Below, one piece after another: positions 1 to 8,301 of a stretch of 18,867 nt of DNA; positions within the stretch are counted from its first letter, which is position 1, and each line of letters starts with the position of its first letter. A program made the position numbers and the translations under genes. The DNA comes from Phormidium sp. SL48-SHIP. GTDB lineage: Bacteria; Cyanobacteriota; Cyanobacteriia; Cyanobacteriales; Geitlerinemataceae. The stretch spans positions 3,077-21,943 of the forward strand of contig SIHH01000035.1 of assembly GCA_004299065.1 (NCBI GenBank), written 5' to 3'. The notes under the pieces were generated by a model. That model searched no databases, was not told where the DNA came from, and saw nothing but the letters and a program-made list of their open reading frames with translations.

Positions 1-1707
1 AATGAAACTGGGGCAATTACGGCGATCGCGCCCTCTCCCGACTTTAGCCAAGATAATCAGCTTTGGCTGGGAACCGCAACAGCCGGGGTGTTCTATAGCG
101 GCGATGGCGGAAATCAGTTCGCGGCCATCGACTCAGATTTACCAGATTTACAGATTACAGATCTCTTGGCCCTGGCCCCAGCGGGGGGACAACCTCAGTT
201 GCTGCTGTCAACCTGGGATGCGGGCTTTTTTCGCTCCGACGATGGCGGCCAAACCTGGAACCCGGCCCAAGGGGAGTTAGCCAAAGATGGTCAAGCTGAT
301 GAACTCGAAGAACCTCACTTTTATGGCTTAGCCACCTCCCCCACGGCCTTAGCTGAGGGCTATGTCTTTATGGGGGGGTTTAATAGTCTCTATCGCTCTG
401 AAGATGGGGGGCAACAATGGCAACAGCTCGAAACTCTCTCGCCGGACATTGTCATGGCCTTTGATATTTCCCCCAACTACAGTCAGGATCAGACCCTGGC
501 GTTGGGAACCTATGTTAATGGCCTTTATCTCACCAAGGATGGCGGTCAGAGTTGGCAACGCCCCAGCCGAGGTCTGCATCTGCCCTGGTTTACGAATAAC
601 TTTAATCAGCCGCATCAAGACCCGCGCCGTTACTTCCATGTCGCATTTTCCCCGAACTACGCCAACGATCAAACCCTCTTTGCCTCGGTTCTCTGGACGA
701 AACTACTGCGATCGACCAATGGGGGCCTGTCTTGGCAGGTGCTGGCCCTACCATCGGAAACGCGAGGGGTGACTCTGGTGGTCTCTCCGAACTTTGCTGA
801 GGATGAAACGGTCTATGTGGCCGGACAATATGGCAAGTTTTTTCGCTCCGACGATGGCGGTCGTCATTTCCAAACCGTGGCGGATATTGGTGCCCCTGGT
901 GGCAATGATGCCCCCTCCTTTGTGGCGTCCCCCAATTTCATTGAGGATGGGATCTTACTGGCCACTGGACCGGGAGGGATTTATCAATCGAGCGATCGCG
1001 CCGAAACCTGGACTCGTCTTACCTCAGACCCGGCCTGGGACACCCGCCGCAATCTGCAAATTGCCATCTCTCCCAACTATGCAGCCGATGGAACGATTTT
1101 TGTCGGGACCAATGCTGGGGTCTTTTGGTCAGCGGATGCCGGTGCATCATGGCAACCGTTGGCAGGGTTAGCAGACTTTGCCGATGACTATATTGAGGCT
1201 ATGGCTGTCTCGCCGGAGTTTGAGAGCGATCGCACCCTCGTTACCAGTATCCGAGGTCGGGGACTCTGGCGCAGTCTCGATGGCGGTCAGAGCTTTACTC
1301 AGATTGGAGATAGCAAACTTCTCTTTTCAAAACTCAACGGGATTCCCTCGGCCGGGATGGCGATTCAGTTTTCCCCCAACTACGGCCAAGACAACACCCT
1401 CTACGCTATGGGAGATCCCAATACGGCTCTCTATCGCTCTCGGGATCAAGGGTTGACTTGGGAAACGCTCAGAGTGCCGGATCTGCAACTGGCGGCTCCT
1501 AGCTTCGTTGAACAGGGACAAATTTACGCGCAAGTCTATCGCGGCCGGATTCTCCGTTTTGGCCTCGCTGCTGCTTTAGGACTGGTGAGTTATGTGGCGT
1601 TAAGCTGGTTCACTCGTCGCCGGACGTTGCCGATGCCCCGTGCGGTGATTCCTGTGATTGGAACGGTTGTTATCTTTAGTAGCTCTCTGGTGATTCTGTT
1701 CAAGTAA
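1..1707 (+). CDS. BNR/Asp-box repeat beta-propeller protein with C-terminal membrane anchor (5' partial; continues upstream of the window)
   Basis: The frame of the 88..1707 ORF is open back to nt 1 (NETGAITAIAPSPDFSQDNQLWLGTATAG precedes the GTG at 88), so the gene is cut by the window edge. Nine Asp-box motifs S-x-D-x-G-x-(T/S/H)-(W/F) are present: SDDGGQTW, SEDGGQQW, TKDGGQSW, STNGGLSW, SDDGGRHF, SSDRAETW, SADAGASW, SLDGGQSF, SRDQGLTW. Most are preceded by an SPN(Y/F)xxDxT strand, giving blade-like units of roughly 50-65 aa. The C-terminus has two hydrophobic segments (LAAALGLVSYVALSWF and VIPVIGTVVIFSSSLVILF). Confidence 0.8.
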   Translation, partial: NETGAITAIAPSPDFSQDNQLWLGTATAGVFYSGDGGNQFAAIDSDLPDLQITDLLALAPAGGQPQLLLSTWDAGFFRSDDGGQTWNPAQGELAKDGQADELEEPHFYGLATSPTALAEGYVFMGGFNSLYRSEDGGQQWQQLETLSPDIVMAFDISPNYSQDQTLALGTYVNGLYLTKDGGQSWQRPSRGLHLPWFTNNFNQPHQDPRRYFHVAFSPNYANDQTLFASVLWTKLLRSTNGGLSWQVLALPSETRGVTLVVSPNFAEDETVYVAGQYGKFFRSDDGGRHFQTVADIGAPGGNDAPSFVASPNFIEDGILLATGPGGIYQSSDRAETWTRLTSDPAWDTRRNLQIAISPNYAADGTIFVGTNAGVFWSADAGASWQPLAGLADFADDYIEAMAVSPEFESDRTLVTSIRGRGLWRSLDGGQSFTQIGDSKLLFSKLNGIPSAGMAIQFSPNYGQDNTLYAMGDPNTALYRSRDQGLTWETLRVPDLQLAAPSFVEQGQIYAQVYRGRILRFGLAAALGLVSYVALSWFTRRRTLPMPRAVIPVIGTVVIFSSSLVILFK

Positions 1708-1763
1708 TTCCCGCTGTTGGTAGCGTTTCTGGGGCGATCGCGTTTCACGTTATTGAGTTTGCC

Positions 1764-3752
1764 ATGTTTATTATCTTACCCATTCTGGCTTGGGGCGGCT
1801 TCTTCCTCATCCTACAACAGCACCACCGTCATCCTTGGCGGGAGGCGCTGCTGCGATCACTGGTGATCTGGGGGGTCACGCTAACGGTGATCACCGAACT
1901 GTTGAGCGGCTTAGGGCTATTTACTCCTCTCGGGGTTGGAATCGCCTGGCTGCTGGTGATTGGACTCTGTACTTTCGTGATGCGTCGCTATGGGGGCTTA
2001 AGGGTGAGTTCAGACCCCGCCTTGGTGAAACGGAAGCCGTTTCGTTGGCCATTGCCCCTGTTTCCCTCCCTTTTGCTGGCTGGGGTGGCTTGGATTGTGG
2101 TGATAACAGCCGGGTTGGCGATCGCCTCGGCCCCCAATAACCCCGACTCGATGCGCTATCACCTCAGTCGGGTGATGCATTGGCAACAACATGGCACGGT
2201 TGCCCATTATCCCACTCATAGTCTCAAGCAACTCTATCAAAATCCTGGCTCAGAATTTGCGATTGCTCAGTTTCAGCTTCTCAGTGGTGGGGATTATTTT
2301 GCCAACCTGGTGCAATGGGGCAGTATGGTGGTTAGCCTCGTGGGGGTGTCCCTGATCGCTCGACAACTGGGATGCGATCGCCGAGGACAGATCTTGGCTG
2401 TGGTGTTCTGTGCCACCCTCCCGATGGGGGTGTTACAAGCCGCCAGTACCCAAAATGATTACGTGGTTGCCCTGTGGTTGGTCTGCCTGACTTACTTTAC
2501 ATTGCTGATGCTGCATGTTGGCGTGACGGTGTCTACGGCCGTCTATATCGGGGCCAGTTTGGGGTTGGCTATCCTCAGTAAAGGAACGGCCTATATTTAT
2601 GCCTTTCCTCTTTGTCTCGGCTTGTTGGTTTGGACGATTCAACAAAAGCGTGGCCGCGTCTGGCAATTGGGAGGTTTGGCAGCGGCGATCGCTCTCCTCT
2701 TAAATCTTGGACATTATCTACGCAATCTTGCCTTAACCAGTTCCCCTCTGGGGGTGAATGTGGAGGCAGAAACAAATAATATCCTCTCTCTACCAGTTTT
2801 CATTACCAGTATCTTAAAACAACTCTCACTTCATGCAGATTGGGTGCGGGCTTTACAGTTGCAAGATTGGATTGTTCCCACCACAGGACTAACTGAAAAA
2901 GTCATCAGTATTATTCATGATCAGTTAGGATTAGACATTAATAATCCAGCTCTGCTCAGTCCGAAAGTCAGTCGCTTTTATGTCCCCGCCATTTCTCAAT
3001 ATGAAGATACCAGTGGGAATCCGATACATATCATTCTCATTGCTGTAGCACTTCTCATCCTAGTGAGCCGCAAATCCCTACGCAAACAGTCCTATTTAGC
3101 TGAGGGGGCAATCCTCTTGGTTACCGGGTTTTTAATCTTTTCCTTTCTGTTGACTTGGTCACCTTGGCGCAGTCGCTTACATTTGCCCTTGTTTGTCTTG
3201 TTTTCTCCCCTGGTTGCCACGATATTGGTTCGGACTTTTCCACCAATCGTGACGGGCTGTATTGCTTTGATTTTACTGCTGTCGATTCAACCCTGGCTGT
3301 TTAATAATCAATTTAAGTCGCTCTTGGCAGAAAAATCTCTCTTTAATACTCCCCGCATTGAGCAATATTTCATGAGTCAAGGTCATCTCCAAGATCCTTA
3401 TCAAGCCATGATGACTGAGCTGGATACTCTCAACGGCGGTTGTTACAACGTTGGTATTGGTAGTGAAAGCTTCTGGTTTGAATATCCTCTATGGATACTT
3501 TTACAGCAACATGGAGGACCGAACAGTCACCTCTACCATGTTGCGGTTGATAATCCGTCAAATCAGGCCAGGCTCAGCACTCACCCGCTCTCAGGAGCAA
3601 CTCCAGTGCCTTGTGCTGTCGTCTTCCTTCAGCAAGACTCTAACGCGACGTCCCCAACCCAACTCACAACGGAATATGGACTCTATGAGTCGGTTTGGGC
3701 AACGCCTATTTCTGACAATAAGGGAACTCTTACACTGTTAACACCAAACTAA
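1764..3752 (+). CDS. Polytopic membrane glycosyltransferase, GT-C fold (ArnT/PMT-like, GT39/GT83-type)
   Basis: 662 aa ORF with an ATG start 56 nt after the upstream stop. More than 10 hydrophobic helices span the first ~520 aa, followed by a soluble C-terminal domain of ~130 aa. The first extracytoplasmic loop carries NNPDSMRYHLSRVMHWQQHG, which resembles the D-(E/S)-x-R-Y...M..G.W signature of ArnT/PMT_2-type GT-C enzymes. Confidence 0.65.
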   Translation: MFIILPILAWGGFFLILQQHHRHPWREALLRSLVIWGVTLTVITELLSGLGLFTPLGVGIAWLLVIGLCTFVMRRYGGLRVSSDPALVKRKPFRWPLPLFPSLLLAGVAWIVVITAGLAIASAPNNPDSMRYHLSRVMHWQQHGTVAHYPTHSLKQLYQNPGSEFAIAQFQLLSGGDYFANLVQWGSMVVSLVGVSLIARQLGCDRRGQILAVVFCATLPMGVLQAASTQNDYVVALWLVCLTYFTLLMLHVGVTVSTAVYIGASLGLAILSKGTAYIYAFPLCLGLLVWTIQQKRGRVWQLGGLAAAIALLLNLGHYLRNLALTSSPLGVNVEAETNNILSLPVFITSILKQLSLHADWVRALQLQDWIVPTTGLTEKVISIIHDQLGLDINNPALLSPKVSRFYVPAISQYEDTSGNPIHIILIAVALLILVSRKSLRKQSYLAEGAILLVTGFLIFSFLLTWSPWRSRLHLPLFVLFSPLVATILVRTFPPIVTGCIALILLLSIQPWLFNNQFKSLLAEKSLFNTPRIEQYFMSQGHLQDPYQAMMTELDTLNGGCYNVGIGSESFWFEYPLWILLQQHGGPNSHLYHVAVDNPSNQARLSTHPLSGATPVPCAVVFLQQDSNATSPTQLTTEYGLYESVWATPISDNKGTLTLLTPN

Positions 3753-3768
3753 TACCATTTTTGAAAAT

Positions 3769-3862
3769 GCTTGCTATATACCTGAAACCGAGGAGGGCGA
3801 ACAGCCATCCCTTCCTGGGAGGGGTTAGGGGTGGGTTCCCCGACAGACATCTATAGCACGAC
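3769..3862. repeat. Possible MITE-like structured repeat (imperfect terminal inverted repeats flanking a G-rich core)
   Basis: GCTTGCTATATACCTG (3769-3784) is an imperfect inverted match to CAGACATCTATAGCACGAC (3844-3862). The core contains GGGCGAACAGC and GGGAGGGGTTAGGGGTGGGTT. The GGGCGAAC motif recurs at 8241 and 11184. Confidence 0.3.
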
Positions 3863-3927
3863 TTCTGAAAATTGGTAGAAGATTTTCTTAAGATATTGCT
3901 TTTTGTTGACTCATTTTTCTTGACAAT

Positions 3928-4794
3928 ATGACTTATTTAGTGTCACCTCAACACCTGCGCGAGCAACTTCGTCGTCAAAAAAATGCGGCGATTCAAGCTT
4001 ACTTTCGGCAGCGGATTTATTCTAACTCAGAGCCAGAGAAGATTTGGGGGCGATCGCAACCTATGCGCATTCTCTTGATTCTCAGCCATATGCGATCGGG
4101 ATCTTCTTTATTCACTCATATTTTGACCCATAACCCCGCCATTCTGGGCTATGGTGAAACTCACATCACTTACCAAACTCCCCAAGATTTCAAGAAACTC
4201 ATCACCGATGTATATTGGCAATGCCACGACTTTAGAAAACTCAGTGATCTAAAACAGCTCAGGATGAACCATCAATATGTCTTAGACAAGGTTCTCCACA
4301 ACCACTTACTCTCAGATCTTGCCCTCCTCAATCATCCCCAAGTCTCGATTATTTTTCTGATTCGAGAACCCGCTCCGAGCTTGGTTAGCCTACAAAAGTT
4401 AAAGCCGTATTTGAGCGATCGCCAACGATTTGACTACTACAAAAAGCGCCTCATTCAACTCGGAGAATATGCAAAATTTCTAAACAACAAGGAGCGCAGC
4501 CTATGGGTTACTTACGAGCAACTCTTACATCAAACTCAACCCGTTTTAACTTGCCTAAAACAATTCCTAGAAACTGATTCAGGATTTTCTGAACAGTATC
4601 AACTGCTCAAAACAACAGGAAAAAAAGGAGTCGGGGATTCTCAAGCAAAAATCAAGTCTGGCAAGATTATTCGCGATTCAAATGCGCCTATCGTCTCACT
4701 CCCCCCGGACATTGGCGAGGAAGCCGAGGCGATTTACCAGCAAACCTGCCAAAATTTATCAACCTACTGCACGGCAACTGTTTCTCTTGAATAA
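3928..4794 (+). CDS. Sulfotransferase family protein (PAPS-dependent)
   Basis: 288 aa ORF. It has a 5'-PSB-like P-loop (ILLILSHMRSGSSLFTHIL; the RSG(S/T)(S/T) motif) and a 3'-PB-like motif (IFLIREPAPSLVS; R-x-P-x5-S). The size and motif spacing are typical of bacterial sulfotransferases. Met46 (nt 4063) is an alternative start. Confidence 0.8.
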   Translation: MTYLVSPQHLREQLRRQKNAAIQAYFRQRIYSNSEPEKIWGRSQPMRILLILSHMRSGSSLFTHILTHNPAILGYGETHITYQTPQDFKKLITDVYWQCHDFRKLSDLKQLRMNHQYVLDKVLHNHLLSDLALLNHPQVSIIFLIREPAPSLVSLQKLKPYLSDRQRFDYYKKRLIQLGEYAKFLNNKERSLWVTYEQLLHQTQPVLTCLKQFLETDSGFSEQYQLLKTTGKKGVGDSQAKIKSGKIIRDSNAPIVSLPPDIGEEAEAIYQQTCQNLSTYCTATVSLE

Positions 4795-4859
4795 AAATCA
4801 GGAAAAACATAACGAAAAAGAATGAAGTTTCCAGAGTAAAATCAACCGCCGTAACACCA

Positions 4860-5930
4860 ATGACTATTGATAAAATCAACCCTCAGAACACCATGAATGA
4901 ACTAGATAAACAAAATCTTCACACACAAGACTCTCGCAGGATATCGACAGACACCAACCTGGTTTACCCATCATCCTCCGTACAAGCCACAGAAACCTGT
5001 TCTCTATCAATCATGGTCGCTCGGACGGATTTAGCGTTTATGATGCACACCATCCCCCATCTCGTTCGTGGCTGCAACTTCCCCTTCTTCAAACGGGTGT
5101 TAGTCATGGATACAGCACCCTTATCCGGTGATAAGGTCAATCGGCCTGGTGTGGGAACAATGGAGGATTTGCGAGCCGCTTGTCAGAAACTCATTGATGA
5201 GGGGGTTATGGATGAGGTCATTGAGATGGATTACTCTGAACCCTATCGGCGTGAACTCTATAAAAAACACTTCGGGATCTCAGAGATTCGTCCAACCCAC
5301 AACTATAAAGGGTATCCTGTTCTCGGCTCAATCTTTGCCATTGAACATGTTCCTGGAGATTACATTGTTCACTTTGATAGTGATATGTTACTCCATCAAC
5401 AGCCTGGATTTAATTGGATTGAATTGGGGATGGATTTACTTCAGCGTCGTGATGAGGTGATGTTTGTTCGTCCGTTTACCGGCTTTCCTTTGCCGAATGA
5501 AGACCAATTTCACCAAACTCAGTCTTATGACTACGACCCAGAAGGCTTTTATAAATTCACCTTCTTTAGTAGCCGGGCCTTTCTGCTGCAACGGACGAAA
5601 TTTGAACGCTTACTCCCGATGCCGGTTTTATGGCGACGCTTTAAACGCAAGTGGCTCTGTAAGTTACCTCCTCGCGTTCTCACTAGCATTAACAACTGGA
5701 CGGGCCGGGGAAAGTTAGACTCTTGGGAAGTTATCGTCTCTAACAAACTCAAAAAAGTCAATTGCGTGCGAGCCACCCTCGCTCATCGAGAAGCCTGGAC
5801 CCTACATCCAACTCAGCGCGGCCCAGAATTTATCAATAACCTCCCAAGTATTCTCGATCGCATTGAACGCGGGCAAGCACCGAGGGAACAATCAGGCTAT
5901 TATGATCTACAACTGGAATACTGGCTCTAG
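4860..5930 (+). CDS. Hypothetical protein, possible GT-A-like glycosyltransferase (DxD motif)
   Basis: 356 aa ORF with consistent coding character in a same-strand glycan gene cluster. LSIMVARTDLAFMMHTIPHL near the N-terminus and YIVHFDSDMLLH (a D-x-D after a beta-strand) resemble a GT-A nucleotide-sugar/metal-binding core. I do not recognise a specific family. Confidence 0.45.
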   Translation: MTIDKINPQNTMNELDKQNLHTQDSRRISTDTNLVYPSSSVQATETCSLSIMVARTDLAFMMHTIPHLVRGCNFPFFKRVLVMDTAPLSGDKVNRPGVGTMEDLRAACQKLIDEGVMDEVIEMDYSEPYRRELYKKHFGISEIRPTHNYKGYPVLGSIFAIEHVPGDYIVHFDSDMLLHQQPGFNWIELGMDLLQRRDEVMFVRPFTGFPLPNEDQFHQTQSYDYDPEGFYKFTFFSSRAFLLQRTKFERLLPMPVLWRRFKRKWLCKLPPRVLTSINNWTGRGKLDSWEVIVSNKLKKVNCVRATLAHREAWTLHPTQRGPEFINNLPSILDRIERGQAPREQSGYYDLQLEYWL

Positions 5931-5966
5931 GGAAAACCCCGGTCAGGTGAGTCTCTGCTGGTTCTC

Positions 5967-5995
5967 TTGTCATTCATTGACAATCGGGCTATAAT
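5967..5995 (+). promoter_or_regulatory. Candidate sigma70-type promoter (TTGTCA -17 nt- TATAAT)
   Basis: TTGTCA at 5967-5972, a 17-nt spacer, then a perfect TATAAT at 5990-5995. It sits in the 220-nt gap upstream of the GT4 gene. Confidence 0.35.
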
Positions 5996-6067
5996 TTGCT
6001 GGACAAGCGTGGCTGATGCTATCCAATTCAACGCGATCGCATCACATCACATCTAAGTCTTGAAACC

Positions 6068-6114
6068 ACACCAAAGGGATAGCGGCGGCTAAAGCTAAAG
6101 ACTCCCTTTGGTGT
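6068..6114 (+). promoter_or_regulatory. Perfect 12-bp stem / 23-nt loop hairpin in the putative leader of the GT4 gene
   Basis: ACACCAAAGGGA (6068-6079) is the exact reverse complement of TCCCTTTGGTGT (6103-6114). It is followed by a pyrimidine-rich stretch, CTTGTCCTGTTCTCCTTG. It lies between the candidate promoter and the ATG at 6151. Confidence 0.4.
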
Positions 6115-6150
6115 CTTGTCCTGTTCTCCTTGCATGATTCTAATCTAACA

Positions 6151-7314
6151 ATGAATCAATCCAAACAACATTTGAAAACAATTGCAGTTTGGCAACCCTA
6201 TTTTATGGGAGGAGGGGCAGAAGCCGTCAGCCTCTGGATTTTAGAAGCATTATCCCCCCACTATGATGTCACGCTCTTTACCTTAAATTCAATCGATTTA
6301 GAGCGTTTAGATATTCTCTACAATACGCATTTAACGCAACAAAATATAACCGTTAAATCCCTCTTGCCCGACGCCTTAGATACGGGGCTGGTTAAACCCT
6401 TAATCGCCAACATTTCCAAAGTTCGCTCAGGGTTGATTCACTGGTCAGTGCGAGTCTTTAAGGAACTCACCCAAGACTATGACTTAGTTTTGTCAACTTA
6501 CAACGGCTTAGATATGGGACGGCCGGGGATTCAATATCTCCATTGGGTTCATGTCGTTGACCCCAATCCCAAAACCATGAAACGATGGGGAAAAATCTTG
6601 ATGAAAATCTCTGATTTTTCCAGAGAGCGCCTCCAGAAAAACATCACTTTAGCCAATTCCCAACATACCGCTAAGACAATTAAACAGGCCTATGGGATCG
6701 ACTCTCGTATTGTCTATCCTCCGGTTGTGAGTGAAATTGAGGCGATTCCCTGGGAGGAGAAAGAAGACTCATTTCTCTGTAGTGGTCGCATTGTTGTCCC
6801 CAAACAACCCCATCAAGTGATTGAAATCTTGCAACAAGTGCGCGATCGCGGCTTCGATGTTAAGCTACAGATTACCGGCGGCGGTGGGGGCGCTTACCAA
6901 CAGTCCTATGAACGGCGCATCAAGAAGATTGCAGCCCAGAACTCAGACTGGATTCAAGTCTATCAGGATTTACCCTACAAAGACTACCTCAAAATTCTCG
7001 CTCGCTGTCGCTATGGACTGCATCAAAAACCGGAACCCTTTGGTATTTCAGTCGCCGAAATGGTCAAGGCCGGTATGATTCCCTTTGTCCGCAACAAAGG
7101 TGGACAAGTCGAAATTGTGGGCCAACAGCATCAGGAACTCCTCTATCATCGACAACCTGATGCGGTTGAAAAGATTGTCGCTGTTCTGGAAAATCAAGAG
7201 AAACAACAGAGCCTCCTCAAGTCCCTCAAACAGCAGCAAGATCTCTTTTCGGTAGAACAGTTTATGAAAGAGATTCAGAATGTTGTCGCTGACTACTTTC
7301 AGGAATCCGAGTAA
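6151..7314 (+). CDS. Glycosyltransferase family 4 (GT-B, retaining, EX7E motif)
   Basis: The ORF track starts at TTG 6130. ATG 6151 (MNQSKQHLKTIAVWQPYFMGGGAE...) is the more likely start. The EX7E motif is present in EPFGISVAEMVKAGMIPFV, and the N-terminal G-rich acceptor-domain start (YFMGGGAEAVSL) is typical of GT4/GT1-type enzymes. Confidence 0.8.
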   Translation: MNQSKQHLKTIAVWQPYFMGGGAEAVSLWILEALSPHYDVTLFTLNSIDLERLDILYNTHLTQQNITVKSLLPDALDTGLVKPLIANISKVRSGLIHWSVRVFKELTQDYDLVLSTYNGLDMGRPGIQYLHWVHVVDPNPKTMKRWGKILMKISDFSRERLQKNITLANSQHTAKTIKQAYGIDSRIVYPPVVSEIEAIPWEEKEDSFLCSGRIVVPKQPHQVIEILQQVRDRGFDVKLQITGGGGGAYQQSYERRIKKIAAQNSDWIQVYQDLPYKDYLKILARCRYGLHQKPEPFGISVAEMVKAGMIPFVRNKGGQVEIVGQQHQELLYHRQPDAVEKIVAVLENQEKQQSLLKSLKQQQDLFSVEQFMKEIQNVVADYFQESE

Positions 7315-7352
7315 CGTCCGGTTCAAGGGAATACGTGAGATACTATTGGTAG

Positions 7353-8240
7353 GTGAAGAGCAACGTGGTTGATATTGTTAACTATCATGTGAGACATTCG
7401 GTCAATATCGGTGATTTAGTCTCGTCTCCATTGAGTTATTTTGAGATTCCTGGATATCACCTTGAACTTAAAGACATTGATGAGTTGCTACAACAACCTC
7501 CTGGCCCCCATCATGTGATTATTGGTGGTGGTGGTTTGTTATTTCCACGCTTCCTTGAGAATCTGCAACAACTCCAGCAACAGCCTCAGCCGGGACGGGT
7601 GATTCTCTGGGGAGTCGGACAACAATCCTATGATAATCCCTCCGAGTCTTGGCGCAACTTTGACTATGCACCCTATCTTGAGGGCGTTGATTTAGCGGGG
7701 GTTCGTGATTATGATGTTGGCTTACCTTGGCTTCCCTGTGCCAGTTGTATGCACCCGGAATTTGACCGCCCTCGTTCTCCGAAACATGAGATGGTGGTCT
7801 TTTCTCACAAGAAATTCCGTCTCAACCTGAAGGGGTTGCCAACCTTTAGTAATGAACAGGTTGATTTTCGCGCCGTTTTGGACTTTTTAGGCTCAGGTGA
7901 AACGATTATTACCAGTTCCTTTCATGGGGCATATTGGGGAACCTTGTTAGGACGAAAGGTGTTGGCGTTTCCATTTAGTAGTAAGTTTTATGGCTTAAAG
8001 CATCGTCCAGGATTCTATCCTGTGGAACGCTGGCGACCGAAAAAGTATAAGATATCGTTGTTCGGGAAGACGCTCTACCAAAAGTTTTCCCAAGATTGGT
8101 TTCAATGTCAGACTGACAATTGGCAAGATTATCTTCACGATTGTCAGTCGTATCCCGAGAGTTTAGAGGAATGTCGAGAGCAAAATCGGCAGTTTTATCA
8201 ACAAGTTGTTGAGTTGGTGAATGGTTCATCACTCGGCTAA
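7353..8240 (+). CDS. Polysaccharide pyruvyl transferase family protein
   Basis: 295 aa ORF with a GTG start 38 nt after the GT4 stop. It carries N-terminal NIGDLVS, central VIIGGGGLL and C-terminal IITSSFHGAYWGTLLGRKVLAF. These correspond to the N.GD / GGG.L / (R/S).H....A...G.P motifs of the PS_pyruv_trans (CsaB/WcaK-like) family. Confidence 0.7.
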   Translation: MKSNVVDIVNYHVRHSVNIGDLVSSPLSYFEIPGYHLELKDIDELLQQPPGPHHVIIGGGGLLFPRFLENLQQLQQQPQPGRVILWGVGQQSYDNPSESWRNFDYAPYLEGVDLAGVRDYDVGLPWLPCASCMHPEFDRPRSPKHEMVVFSHKKFRLNLKGLPTFSNEQVDFRAVLDFLGSGETIITSSFHGAYWGTLLGRKVLAFPFSSKFYGLKHRPGFYPVERWRPKKYKISLFGKTLYQKFSQDWFQCQTDNWQDYLHDCQSYPESLEECREQNRQFYQQVVELVNGSSLG

Positions 8241-8289
8241 GGGCGAACAGCAGCTTAACGATCGCTCGCTGAACACCGTTCGCCCCTAC
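8241..8289. repeat. Inverted repeat GGGCGAAC...GTTCGCCC(CTAC) between convergent genes; dispersed cyanobacterial palindromic repeat and/or bidirectional terminator
   Basis: GGGCGAAC (8241-8248) pairs with GTTCGCCC (8278-8285). An inner CAGC/GCTG pairing extends the stem. GTTCGCCCCTAC (8278-8289) is the reverse complement of GTAGGGGCGAAC, which occurs at 11180-11191. Confidence 0.4.
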
Positions 8290-8301
8290 GGTGATTGGCC
8301 A

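Noticed and set aside
2-280. 92-aa ORF at the window start in a different frame from the BNR gene
   Set aside because: It overlaps the Asp-box protein frame, which is open from nt 1 and shows clear repeat motifs. The peptide is low-complexity, so this is a shadow ORF.
349-1533. Several 68-136-aa ORFs on both strands inside 88..1707 (349..672-, 362..772+, 794..1171+, 1178..1456+, 1327..1533-)
   Set aside because: All are nested in the strongly supported BNR-repeat CDS and show no recognisable motifs. They are typical alternative-frame ORFs of GC-rich coding DNA.
5977-5995. TTGACA (5977-5982) next to TATAAT (5990-5995) as a promoter pair
   Set aside because: The spacer is only 7 nt, which is incompatible with sigma70 geometry. 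The upstream TTGTCA, with a 17-nt spacer, is the plausible -35 element.
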